Notes under the pieces: generated by a model
Told to the model about the DNA's origin: nothing
The model's input: only the letters and a program-made list of their open reading frames with translations
The model's database searches: none
Made by a program: the position numbers and the translations under genes
Shown here: positions 55,370 to 64,000 of the stretch, piece after piece
Numbering within the stretch: the first letter of the stretch is position 1
How the letters are laid out: each line of letters opens with the position of its first letter
Origin: Candidatus Aenigmatarchaeota archaeon
GTDB taxonomy: Archaea > Aenigmatarchaeota > Aenigmatarchaeia > PWEA01
Direction: 5' to 3'
Assembly: GCA_046539305.1 (NCBI GenBank)
Contig: JBKHHE010000002.1
Location: 35,928 to 99,927, forward strand
DNA length: 64,000 nt

Positions 55370-56569
55370 TTAATAGGTTACTTCGAAGTCGGAGAGGTAG
55401 AAGCCTCCCTCTCCCCCTACTTCAAACTGGAGGGTATTTTCTCCCACCGCCAAATCATCCTTCGTTATCTCTATTGAAATAGTTTCTCCCTCTTTTAGGG
55501 GTTTACCGGCCAGGATATCCTTTTCCTCACCTTCTGCAGTTTCTATCTTCAGGGTGAGGAACCTGGGGTTTCCCTCTATACGGTCTATTTGGAAAGTTAT
55601 GTTGCCAGGGAGCTGGTTATAGTTTCCGGAACTTACATCGAGCACTTTCCTGGAGGCCTCGGAATAGCCGGCGTTCCAGAAATAAACCATTTTCGCTGAG
55701 TCGAAGCTGTAAGAGGAATCCACCTCGGTGAAAAGGGTTAGCTCGTTTTGTCCTTCCTCCACCTCAGCTTCCTCAAAGTCTATCCACATCGACCTTTCCG
55801 CCCGATACTCCGGTATGTCCCTGTAAACGTCCTTTCCGTTGACCTGAACCACGAGGGGACTCTCATCCACAAACTCGTCGGGCATAAAAACCAACCTCCC
55901 CATCCTGAAGTTGTCGGCCTGATCTTCCGTGAGGGAGAACTCGAAACTCCTTTCATTCCTCCCAAGTATATCAGCCTTCATCGTGAAGTTTTCCAGTATG
56001 TAAACGGTCGGAGCCCAGAACCTCCAGCCGGAGGATTTGGGGGATATCTCCAGTTCGTTTGTCTTATCGAGCAGAGTCCTGTTCACATCTACGGTATAAG
56101 ACCTCTCGGGGGCGGGGTAACCGGAGTATACCTCCCCACCGTTGAGGAATAGCTCCAGTTCATTCATCCGGTTCGTGTCCTTCACCCAGAAGTCCAGACC
56201 AAAGGAAACTATATTATCAAGTTCGCTCTGAGTAAGGTTGAAGGCAACCGAGCGGGTTTCGCTGGTGCCTATGCCCCTCCTGACATCCACATCTTCCAGT
56301 TTTCCAAGGGTCCTCTCCTCCTCGTGGAACGAAACCTTAAAGGGTTCGTTCGAGAGAGTCACGTGCTTGAAGGCCGTGTCTTCTATCCTTCCCACGTAGA
56401 AAGCCTCCCCGGGCTCCTCCTCACCTTCCTCCTCATCACCGTCGCTGGGACCAGGAATCAGAGGGCCTTCTTCCTCACCGTCTTCTATGAAATCCATCTC
56501 CCCTCCAAATAGGACTAGGAGAACTCCAAAGAGAACTATAGCAACCAGCAGAACCCTTGCAAAATCCAT
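55370..56569 (-). CDS. Secreted acidic protein with an N-terminal signal/anchor (399 aa)
   Basis: MDFARVLLVAIVLFGVLLVLFGG then a poly-E/D linker. Confidence 0.55.
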   Translation of the reverse strand: MDFARVLLVAIVLFGVLLVLFGGEMDFIEDGEEEGPLIPGPSDGDEEEGEEEPGEAFYVGRIEDTAFKHVTLSNEPFKVSFHEEERTLGKLEDVDVRRGIGTSETRSVAFNLTQSELDNIVSFGLDFWVKDTNRMNELELFLNGGEVYSGYPAPERSYTVDVNRTLLDKTNELEISPKSSGWRFWAPTVYILENFTMKADILGRNERSFEFSLTEDQADNFRMGRLVFMPDEFVDESPLVVQVNGKDVYRDIPEYRAERSMWIDFEEAEVEEGQNELTLFTEVDSSYSFDSAKMVYFWNAGYSEASRKVLDVSSGNYNQLPGNITFQIDRIEGNPRFLTLKIETAEGEEKDILAGKPLKEGETISIEITKDDLAVGENTLQFEVGGEGGFYLSDFEVTY

Positions 56570-56621
56570 CTTACCACTTATATTAATTCATGTAACTAAT
56601 AAATATTTGTCGGGTGGTATC

Positions 56622-57653
56622 GTGAAAATCCTGGAAAGAAACGAAAAACAAGGTCTTGTGAAGCTGAAGGTGGAGAATCCCAACGACGTGTGGGAGTTGG
56701 AGCACGTTATTGAAGAGGGCGACCTGGTGGGCGGAAGGACCTTACGCAGAAAGATGATTGAAAGGAAGGATGGCGAAGAGAAGGGGGAGAAGAGACCTGT
56801 TTACCTGACCATCCAGGCGGAAAAAATCAAAATACACGAACACACAGGTAACCTTAGAATCACCGGAAAGATACAGGAAGGGCCCGAGGACGTGGAAATG
56901 GACAGCTACCACACGATAGTCGCGGAGCCCGGGAAAGTTCTTACGGTAGTGAAGAAAGGTGGATGGAAGGACTGGCAGCTCAAGACCCTCAAGAGAGCCT
57001 ACAGAAAGCCACCGAAGGTCTTGGTCTGCGTCCTTGACCGGGATAAAGCTACTCTGGCCAAAGTCACGAACGAAGTAGATATCCTGACCGAGGTTGAGTC
57101 CAGGGAGCCGGGAAAGCAGTACGATTCAGAGAAAAGTGGGGAGTATTTCGGCGAGGTGATCTCGATTCTGGAAAGAAAGTACAAAGATTTCGACAAAGTA
57201 GTTGTGGCGGGTCCTGGTTTCGCCAAAGACGGACTCTACGAAAAAATAAAGGACAGGAACAAAGAAATGGCGGAGAAGGTAACCAAGGCTTCCACGAGCC
57301 AGACGGAGAGGACGGGCGTCCAGGAGGTTATAAACAGGGGTATTATAGAGGACATCGTGAGGGAATCGAGGATTTCGGAGGAGAGCAAGGAGGTGGAGAG
57401 GGTTTTTGAAGAGATTTCCAAGGATACGGGAAAGGTCACGTACGGAGAGGAAGAAGTAAAAAAGGCCGTGGAAATGGGGGCCGTGGAGAGAATCCTGGTC
57501 TCGGAGAAGAAACTGAAGGAGCACAGGGAACTGGTTGCCGAGGCCGAGGACAAAGGGGCGGGGGTTTTAATAGTCTCGGAGAGGCACGAATCAGGCGAGA
57601 AATTAAACAATATGGGGGGCATCGCAGCTTTTCTGAGATATAGGATCGAATGA
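56622..57653 (+). CDS. Pelota/Dom34 mRNA surveillance protein (GTG start)
   Basis: VKILERNEKQGLVKLKVENPNDVWELEHVIEEGDLV... matches the aPelota N-terminus; eRF1-like central and C-terminal domains; ATAAATATT box upstream. Confidence 0.85.
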   Translation: MKILERNEKQGLVKLKVENPNDVWELEHVIEEGDLVGGRTLRRKMIERKDGEEKGEKRPVYLTIQAEKIKIHEHTGNLRITGKIQEGPEDVEMDSYHTIVAEPGKVLTVVKKGGWKDWQLKTLKRAYRKPPKVLVCVLDRDKATLAKVTNEVDILTEVESREPGKQYDSEKSGEYFGEVISILERKYKDFDKVVVAGPGFAKDGLYEKIKDRNKEMAEKVTKASTSQTERTGVQEVINRGIIEDIVRESRISEESKEVERVFEEISKDTGKVTYGEEEVKKAVEMGAVERILVSEKKLKEHRELVAEAEDKGAGVLIVSERHESGEKLNNMGGIAAFLRYRIE

Positions 57654-57692
57654 TTCGAGGTATTTAAATTTTAGATATCCCTTCTATCTTCT

Positions 57693-58205
57693 ATGAAGGA
57701 AGACGCAACCGGTCTGATTATGGTCCACGCACATCCGTACTACGACGGTAGACACACAGAGGATAAAGTTATTGAGGTTCTACAGAAGTTCGGTGGAACA
57801 GCCTACGAGCTGCCTGCGGGTGATAGAACGTCCTACGGGAGAGATCAGGGGCTTTACGATCAAGCGCTTGAGGAAAAGGCACACGGGAAGCTAAGGCCGA
57901 GGGATTCCAAGGATCTAGTCCGGGGACACGAAAAGGTTCTCCTTGGTGGTGGATTTGCAGGGGGATGTATGAGGAATACTTACGACTCTCTAAAGGACGA
58001 AAGGGATTTACTTAGTATAGATACTGAGATAAGGGTGGTTCCGGAAGTATCTTACGGGGGAAACTACAGATTCAATAAATGGAAGGGAAGGTTCGATTTT
58101 GGTGAAATATTTACCCTGGAAGAAATCAAGGACTGGGATCTGGAAGACCTTCCTGCAAGGATTTCTGAATACCTGGAAAATGAAAATATTGAAAGTATTC
58201 TCTAG
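57693..58205 (+). CDS. Hypothetical protein (possible isochorismatase-like cysteine hydrolase fold; weak)
   Basis: VLLGGGFAGGCMRNT resembles a nucleophile-cysteine motif; otherwise no clear match. Confidence 0.3.
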   Translation: MKEDATGLIMVHAHPYYDGRHTEDKVIEVLQKFGGTAYELPAGDRTSYGRDQGLYDQALEEKAHGKLRPRDSKDLVRGHEKVLLGGGFAGGCMRNTYDSLKDERDLLSIDTEIRVVPEVSYGGNYRFNKWKGRFDFGEIFTLEEIKDWDLEDLPARISEYLENENIESIL

Positions 58206-58232
58206 GAGAAAGCTTGTAAACTCAGAAAAGTG

Positions 58233-58346
58233 ATGGACCCGGCGGGATTTGAACCCGCGGTCTCCACCATGCCAAGGTGGCGTCTTTTCGTTGGAACCTT
58301 TTGATGAATCTTTTTGGAAAAGATTCCTTCCACTAGACTACGGGCC
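58233..58346 (-). tRNA. tRNA-Ala (anticodon GGC) with about a 38-nt insertion in the D-loop
   Basis: Reverse complement gives GGGCCCG-TA-GTCT-AGTGG[insertion]AGAC-G-CCACC-TTGGCAT-GGTGG-AGACC-GCGGG-TTCAAAT-CCCGC-CGGGTCC-A. Confidence 0.7.
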
Positions 58347-58438
58347 CTGGTAAATGCTTGGAAAACAGTTTAATAAAGATTTGGGGCCGCGCAAGGGCAA
58401 GTTTTATATAGTAGCTAGCATATTATGGCATCTGTAAG

Positions 58439-59008
58439 ATGCCTCTCCAAAAAAGGATAAAGGCCACGAATTCAGGCGTGAAGAAGAGGGGCGATATGGA
58501 AGAGATAGCCGATTTCTCAGAAAGAGTCAGAGAAATTATAGAGGGAGAGGAGGGGAACTCTTCTGCGAAAAAATTTGAAAGGTGGAGGCCCAGATCTTCT
58601 GATCACGAGAAGGATATAAAGAAGAAGACCGTGTTGGACGCGGTGACGGAAAAGACAAAAGCAGAAAAGAAGGGAGAGGGGATTAAGAGGGACCTCTCCA
58701 GGGCTATGGTAAAAACTAAGGAAGCAGAGGAGAGGGTCAAGTGCAGGAAAGTTCCAAAAAACGAGGCCAAGGAAGCTCTGAAAAACCTCTTCCGCCCCCT
58801 AGTCGCCAAGCTAATGAATCTGCTCAGGACCGTGGAAGGGTCCATCTATTCCAAACTCATGCTGAAATTTAATCCGTATTTCTTCGAGTGTCGCGACTTC
58901 TCCGTGGACCTGAGGAAGATTGAAGACGATGAATACGAAATGGAGGTAAACACACCTCAGGAAGAAAACAGTAGGAAGCTTAAGGGAAAATTCGGCTTAG
59001 AAGAGTGA
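58439..59008 (+). CDS. Hypothetical basic K/E-rich protein
   Basis: ORF only. Confidence 0.35.
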   Translation: MPLQKRIKATNSGVKKRGDMEEIADFSERVREIIEGEEGNSSAKKFERWRPRSSDHEKDIKKKTVLDAVTEKTKAEKKGEGIKRDLSRAMVKTKEAEERVKCRKVPKNEAKEALKNLFRPLVAKLMNLLRTVEGSIYSKLMLKFNPYFFECRDFSVDLRKIEDDEYEMEVNTPQEENSRKLKGKFGLEE

Positions 59009-59017
59009 AGAGAGAAA

Positions 59018-59950
59018 ATGGAAGCTTTCCTTTTCATAGTGGCAATATCCGCATCCGTATTCATGGGGATTTCTATAGGATCTTCCAGCGTAGCCCCGGC
59101 TTTCGCGCCCGTGAACATATCTAACTCCTCAAATATACTGAAACTGGCCCTTTTTGCGGGCATCTCGGCACTGATAGGCTCGATCCTGCAGGGAGAGAGG
59201 GTGGCGGAGAGCGTTGGTGCCGAAATACTCACAGGAGAGATAGTTATCCTTCAAGCTGCGATTATACTGATTATAGGAGCATCGCTTGTCCTCCTCAGCG
59301 TAATAACCGACTATCCTATGCCCACCGCCTTTACCATAGTCGGTGCTGTTGTGGGGAGCGGCCTCGCCTTCGGAAACAATATAATGTGGGGTTCCCTACA
59401 AAAGATCGTGCTGTTCTGGATCCTAACCCCCCTCGCAGCTTCGATGATGGGATACATTGTGTCGAAAGTTATTCGGAAATACCTGCACAAGGAAGAAAAC
59501 AGAGATATGATACGATACTTTTTACTGATAGCGGGGTGTTACGTTGCCTATACAGCCGGGGCGGCCTCCGTCGGCCTGGCCGTAGGACCCCTCCAAGGAC
59601 TGGGATACAGCACCACAAGCCTTCTCGTATTCGGAGGTTTCACCATACTTTTGGGGGCCTGGATGTATTCTCCCAGAATAATAAAGGCAGTGTCCTACGA
59701 CTACTCAACAGTGGGGCCCAGGAGGTCGCTCGCAGCTTTGATAAGCTCTGGTATACTTGCTCAGGTGGGTGTTTTTCTGGGGGTTCCGGTATCGTTTAGC
59801 CTGGCAATCCTTCCTGCAATCATAGGGAGTGGGATATCAGGAGAAAAGTCGGAGAGGAGCAAGAAAAAGATAACCTTCACTGGGTTGAGGTGGATTTCTT
59901 CCTTCTTCCTTGCAATGGGACTCGCCTATATCCCCGCATTTTTCCTCTGA
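59018..59950 (+). CDS. Inorganic phosphate transporter, PiT family
   Basis: Duplicated motif GISIGSSSVAPAFAPV / AGAASVGLAVGPL resembling the GANDVANA signature; about 10 TM. Confidence 0.65.
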   Translation: MEAFLFIVAISASVFMGISIGSSSVAPAFAPVNISNSSNILKLALFAGISALIGSILQGERVAESVGAEILTGEIVILQAAIILIIGASLVLLSVITDYPMPTAFTIVGAVVGSGLAFGNNIMWGSLQKIVLFWILTPLAASMMGYIVSKVIRKYLHKEENRDMIRYFLLIAGCYVAYTAGAASVGLAVGPLQGLGYSTTSLLVFGGFTILLGAWMYSPRIIKAVSYDYSTVGPRRSLAALISSGILAQVGVFLGVPVSFSLAILPAIIGSGISGEKSERSKKKITFTGLRWISSFFLAMGLAYIPAFFL

Positions 59951-60000
59951 GAAAAAATCTAAATAAGAAAAAAGGGTTTTGGTCCATACTGACTTCAAAA

Positions 60001-60339
60001 TCAACTATGGACCACTTCGTGGCCGGAGACCATCTCCGCAGTCCTCCAAAGGAAGTAAAGGTTCAGTAGCGGAATCAGTCCAAAGATAATCCACTTGATA
60101 GTGGACTCCTTCCTGTCCATGTGGTCAACTCTCTCAAACTCGCCGAACTTCTTCTCATGGCCGGACACAAACTGGGCAATCCTGTACAAGAGGTACAGAC
60201 CTATGATGAAAGCGGCCACGTAGCCAATCATGAGGCCCGCTGCACCTCCTGCGACACCTGCCTCAGTTCCTATCAGGGCTCCCCCGAAAAGCCCTCCGAC
60301 AGCTATTACCATGATTGTCACAGGTATCAGAAAAACCAC
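60001..60339 (-). CDS. Small membrane protein with an internal repeat (STxKW...LIP..NLYFLW...AE.VSGHEV); a start-less extra repeat copy lies upstream in frame
   Basis: ORF track; the repeat is seen three times including the in-frame region 60340-60540. Confidence 0.4.
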   Translation of the reverse strand: MVFLIPVTIMVIAVGGLFGGALIGTEAGVAGGAAGLMIGYVAAFIIGLYLLYRIAQFVSGHEKKFGEFERVDHMDRKESTIKWIIFGLIPLLNLYFLWRTAEMVSGHEVVHS

Positions 60340-60590
60340 GAACCATTTTCCCGTGGAGTCCTTCCTGTCTCTGTGTCTTACTGCCTCGTACTCCCCAGAA
60401 ACTCCTACTTCATGACCAGAAACGCTCTCAGCAAGCTTCCAGAGGAAGTACAGATTAATTATCGGGATAAAAAAGAAGATGAACCACTTGATGGTCGAAT
60501 CCTTTTTTCCAGGATGTTGAAGTTTTGGAATCTTACCACCTAAAGAGGATTTGTTTTGAGTTTATAAAAAGCTATTTAAGGATAGAACTA

Positions 60591-60706
60591 TGGGCCTGCG
60601 CGGATTTGAACCGCGGATCTCCACCTCTTTTCTACGAAGTAGGAAAGTTCGAAATCCCCGATTTCGTATCGTGAAGGTGGCGTCATAGCCGCTAGACCAC
60701 AGGCCC
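60591..60706 (-). tRNA. tRNA-Val (anticodon CAC) with about a 42-nt intron at 37/38
   Basis: Reverse complement gives GGGCCTG-TG-GTCT-AGCGGCTA-TGAC-G-CCACC-TTCACG[intron]A-GGTGG-AGATC-CGCGG-TTCAAAT-CCGCG-CAGGCCC-A. Confidence 0.7.
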
Positions 60707-60749
60707 AGCCAAGGCAACTACTTTTATACATACACTGTTATTTATATTT

Positions 60750-61241
60750 ATGAATCTTGAGGCTGCCGTGGAGAAAGCCGAAGATCTGGATGAAATCAAG
60801 GATATTCTGGACGAGGAGGGATTCCTCTGCTCCGCGTACCTCATGCTTGAGGAGGGAGAGGGGCCAGAGGTCTGGAACCTCGCATTCTACTCCGAAGGGA
60901 AAAACGAAATAACTGCAGTGGAAGTAACTTCAGAGGACGCGACGTTGGGAGTGACGGACGCACCGCTGCGGGAGGATACAGGGAAAATAAGTCTTGAGGA
61001 GGTTAAAGTAGGCGCGAAAGAAGGCCTGGAGAAGGTAAAGAAAGTTCTTGAGGAGGAGTTCGGAGGCTCCTATAAAAAGCTCTTATTCTCATTGAAATCG
61101 GAAGGTGGAAGACAGGAATGGCGGGCCGTCTTCGTGGGAAAGAGCCTCTCCATCATAGTTATCTCCCTGGACGCAGAGACGGGAGAGGTACTTGAAAAGG
61201 AGAAAAAAAGTATGAACAGGAATGGATTGTTCGGAAGCTGA
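60750..61241 (+). CDS. Hypothetical acidic protein with two related halves
   Basis: ORF only. Confidence 0.35.
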   Translation: MNLEAAVEKAEDLDEIKDILDEEGFLCSAYLMLEEGEGPEVWNLAFYSEGKNEITAVEVTSEDATLGVTDAPLREDTGKISLEEVKVGAKEGLEKVKKVLEEEFGGSYKKLLFSLKSEGGRQEWRAVFVGKSLSIIVISLDAETGEVLEKEKKSMNRNGLFGS

Positions 61242-61330
61242 GGAACGGGACCGCCGGGATTGACGGAGGAAGCTTTCCAAAACCTTCAATTCAAATATTC
61301 TTTTTCATGAATGTTTAAAAAAGATTCTGA

Positions 61331-61545
61331 TGGGACCGCCGGGATTCGAACCCGAGATCTCCGGCTTCCATGCCGCGCACGACGGAATTTACCGAAAGCG
61401 AAGCTTTCGTAAAACACGAAAACCCGCGTTTTCGGCGATTTACGCGCGGTGGCCTTATAAGACCGGCGCTTTGGTCAAGTCTTTCCCTTTTTGATGAACC
61501 TTTTTTCGAAAAAGGTTCTTTCTAACCAAGCTAAGCCACGGTCCC
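61331..61545 (-). tRNA. tRNA with two large insertions (about 50 nt in the D-loop, about 89 nt at 37/38); the anticodon reads TAT, so a candidate tRNA-Ile(UAU)
   Basis: Reverse complement gives GGGACCG-TG-GCTT-AGCTTGGTT[insertion]-AAGC-G-CCGGT-CTTATA[intron]A-GCCGG-AGATC-TCGGG-TTCGAAT-CCCGG-CGGTCCC-A. Confidence 0.5.
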
Positions 61546-61606
61546 ATCTAATAGGGACAGTTAAACTGCAAGACTTTTATTAGTTTTCTGTCTTAAAAAT
61601 ATAACC

Positions 61607-62509
61607 ATGAAGGTTGACCTGATACGGGACCTGAAAAGGTTTCTGGAGGAAAGAGGTTACGATACTTTTGAATACTTCCGGGGCTGTTTCGACCTGGCCG
61701 CGAAGCGGGAGAAACTGCTTCTGATAAAGGTTCTCGGGAACGTTGACTCCTTCAAAGAGGGCCAAGCAAGGGACCTCAAGGTTCTCACGGAGTCCCTGTC
61801 CGCTTCCGCTATAATTACGGGTGAAAGAACTAGGAAGGAAAAACTCAAAGAAGGCATCATATATGAAAGGTTTGGGATACCTGTTCTACACCCCGAAACT
61901 CTGAAAAACACGGTGAAAGGAAACCATCCTACGAAATTCAGGTCGAGAGGTGGAACCTTCGGGAAGATAGACCCTGAAAGGTTGAAGGATTTTCGGAAGA
62001 GAAAAAACCTTACACAGGAGGAACTTGCCGAAAAGCTGGGGGTTTCACAGAAAAATATATCGGAACACGAGCGATATTCAGAAAAAGCTCAATACTCCAT
62101 GATAAGACTAGGTGAAAAGGTTCTCGGAGAAGAGATAAAGGAGCGGATAAATCCTCTGGACCAGGAAGTAAACGGACTGGTCGAAGAGAAGGGAAAGCCA
62201 GAATTCAAGGAGGTTGGGAGGTGTATGCAAAGGACAGGCTTCAAAATAAGGTACACTGAAAGGGCGCCTCCTCAGATACTTGCAGAAAAAGAAGTCACAG
62301 TACTTTCACGGTTTGATAGCGATAAGAAAAGGCTGAAAAGAAAGTCGGAAGAGCTTAAGAAGTTCTCGAGTATAAGCGGGTCGCCCGCCTTCATGGTAGC
62401 CAAGGAAAAGGTCGAAAGCAAGGTCCCTGTCTTACTGAAAAATGAGCTGAACAGAATAAAAAGTTCCGAAGAACTGCTGAAGATAATTGAGGAAAAGAAA
62501 GGGGTCTAA
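61607..62509 (+). CDS. HTH (XRE/Cro-C1 type) DNA-binding protein with an N-terminal domain of unknown function
   Basis: LTQEELAEKLGVSQKNISEHER helix-turn-helix. Confidence 0.55.
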   Translation: MKVDLIRDLKRFLEERGYDTFEYFRGCFDLAAKREKLLLIKVLGNVDSFKEGQARDLKVLTESLSASAIITGERTRKEKLKEGIIYERFGIPVLHPETLKNTVKGNHPTKFRSRGGTFGKIDPERLKDFRKRKNLTQEELAEKLGVSQKNISEHERYSEKAQYSMIRLGEKVLGEEIKERINPLDQEVNGLVEEKGKPEFKEVGRCMQRTGFKIRYTERAPPQILAEKEVTVLSRFDSDKKRLKRKSEELKKFSSISGSPAFMVAKEKVESKVPVLLKNELNRIKSSEELLKIIEEKKGV

Positions 62510-63346
62510 CTACTTCCTCAAACTCTTGCACTTCTCTATATTCCACTTGAAGCCCTTGTTATCCACAGGTGTTTCCAGGACCATTGGAAGGTCTCTGAGC
62601 TTCTCGTGGTTTATGAGGATTTCAAAGGCTTTCTCGCCTATTTCACCCTCGCCTATATGATCGTGCTCGTCTTTCTCCGAGCCCTCTGGATACTTTGAAT
62701 CGTTCAGGTGGAGGAAATGAAGGTTGTCAAGACCTATAACTTCGTCAACCCTGTCAACCAATTCGTCTATTTTCTCTCTTTCGGTGAAATCGTGGCCCGC
62801 GGCGTACATGTGACAGGTGTCCAGACATACCCCAAGGTCCGAGTAGGTGTAGTCCGAAAGCTGGACCATCCTGTCCAGCTGTGAAAAGTCTTTGCCCAAC
62901 GTGGTTCCCTTGCCCGCAGTATTCTCAAGTAGAAGTTTTACGCCGTCGGGTATTTCCACCTTCGAGAGCCTTTCGGCTATGTTATTTATTCCCTGTTCCT
63001 CGCCGGCGCCCGTATGGGCCCCGGGATGGAACACGTAGTAAGGTATCCCTAGCTCCTTGGTCACATCCAGCTCCTGTTGAACTGCCTCGATGGATTTCTT
63101 CCCGAGGTCTTTCTTAGGGGTGGCAAAGTTTATCAGGTAGGTCCCGTGGACTATCCAAGGTCCGATGTTTCTCTCCTCCGACCTTTCCTTGAATCCATTG
63201 GCTTCATTTTTTCCGGGTTGGGATACCTTCCAGCCGCGGGGTGAGCCAACAAAGATCTGGCCGCAGTTACCGCCCAGTTTCTCTTCCCTCTCCACGGCCT
63301 TATGTATACCTCCGCCCACGGAGACGTGTGCTCCTATCCGGAACAT
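62510..63346 (-). CDS. nfo: Endonuclease IV (AP endonuclease family 2)
   Basis: Nfo TIM-barrel metal-binding motifs (HGTYLINF, HPGAHTG, CLDTCH, HLNDS). Confidence 0.88.
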   Translation of the reverse strand: MFRIGAHVSVGGGIHKAVEREEKLGGNCGQIFVGSPRGWKVSQPGKNEANGFKERSEERNIGPWIVHGTYLINFATPKKDLGKKSIEAVQQELDVTKELGIPYYVFHPGAHTGAGEEQGINNIAERLSKVEIPDGVKLLLENTAGKGTTLGKDFSQLDRMVQLSDYTYSDLGVCLDTCHMYAAGHDFTEREKIDELVDRVDEVIGLDNLHFLHLNDSKYPEGSEKDEHDHIGEGEIGEKAFEILINHEKLRDLPMVLETPVDNKGFKWNIEKCKSLRK

Positions 63347-63493
63347 ATCCTAGACTCCTCAGGCAGAGTTAAATTTCTTGCCCAACAAAATCCGTAACTT
63401 TTAAATATGTGCATGGAGGTATATTGGGTCTGGGGCGAAAGCCATTATTCCAACTCTTAAACCCGATTAGTTGATAATTTCAAACACAAGGAG

Positions 63494-64000
63494 GTGATAA
63501 CCATTCCACAAGGAACACAAGGTGTTGGTCAGCCCATCTTCATTCTAGGCGAAGACGCCGAGAGGCAGAGCGGCAAGGGCGCGCAGAAAAACAACATCGC
63601 CGCAGGAAAAGCAGTAGGCGAGACAGTAAGAACGACGCTCGGTCCGAAAGGCATGGACAAGATGCTAGTTGATTCAGTGGGCGACATTGTAGTAACAAAC
63701 GACGGCGTGACCATCCTCGACGAGATGGAAATCGAGCATCCAGCCGCGAAGATGATGGTCGAAGTAGCGAAGACTCAGGAAGAACAGGTCGGTGACGGGA
63801 CAACGACGGCCGTAGTCATTGGTTCGGAGCTGTTAAAACAAGCGGAAGATCTCCTGGACCAGGACATCCACCCGACCGTGATAACCCGAGGTTTCAACCT
63901 TGCCTCAACAAAGGCACTGGAGAGCCTCGAGGACATCAGCGAGAAAGTTGACTTCCAGGAAAACGAAGACCTTCTCAAGAGGATAGCTATGACCGCGATA
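63494..64000 (+). CDS. ths: Thermosome/group II chaperonin subunit (3'-truncated by the window edge), GTG start
   Basis: Hand translation ...[49 protein letters not shown]...GDGTTTAVV; runs to the window end. Confidence 0.8.
   Translation, partial: MITIPQGTQGVGQPIFILGEDAERQSGKGAQKNNIAAGKAVGETVRTTLGPKGMDKMLVDSVGDIVVTNDGVTILDEMEIEHPAAKMMVEVAKTQEEQVGDGTTTAVVIGSELLKQAEDLLDQDIHPTVITRGFNLASTKALESLEDISEKVDFQENEDLLKRIAMTAI

Noticed and set aside
1-64000. CRISPR array, cas genes, toxin-antitoxin pairs, transposases
   Set aside because: No regularly spaced direct repeats were found. No ORF has transposase (DDE, HUH), integrase or Cas signature motifs, and the short palindromic modules found are confined to tRNA introns.

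Overview
This is an archaeal chromosomal segment, about 50% GC, with proteins rich in Glu and Lys. It is dominated by the core translation and transcription gene set. In order it carries:
- the str cluster (S12-S7-EF2-EF1alpha-S10);
- the large L3...L29 / SUI1 / Rpp29 / S17...SecY ribosomal superoperon;
- the S13-S4-S11-rpoD-L18e-L13-S9-rpoN cluster;
- rpoH-rpoB''-rpoB'-rpoA'-rpoA''-nusA, with rpoB split as in Euryarchaeota;
- an EF1beta-L37e-LSm-S8e group;
- pyrG, thiI, pelota, nfo and a thermosome gene cut off at the 3' edge.

There are 12 tRNA genes and a stand-alone 5S rRNA. Most of the tRNAs carry one to three introns, many at non-canonical positions (D-loop, variable arm, T-loop).

The most unusual features are:
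1. A perfectly duplicated 147-bp element, flanked by a 16-bp direct repeat of the tRNA 3' end, sits downstream of both tRNA-Lys genes.
2. A palindromic ~33-nt module (GAACCTTTTTCGAAAAAAGGTTCATCAAAAAGG and variants) recurs inside introns of different tRNAs in both orientations.
3. A tRNA-Val-adjacent, minus-strand locus encodes three tandem CARDB-like lipoprotein paralogs, a 972-aa zinc-ribbon polytopic membrane protein and a secreted acidic protein. This is possibly a novel surface or appendage system.
4. Several smaller anomalies: a SUI1 gene with no canonical start codon, an L24 fused to a C2H2 zinc finger, a candidate tRNA-Ile(UAU), and CDS/tRNA overlaps.

No CRISPR array, integrase or transposase is seen. 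RNA-gene coordinates were derived by eye and may be off by 1-2 nt.
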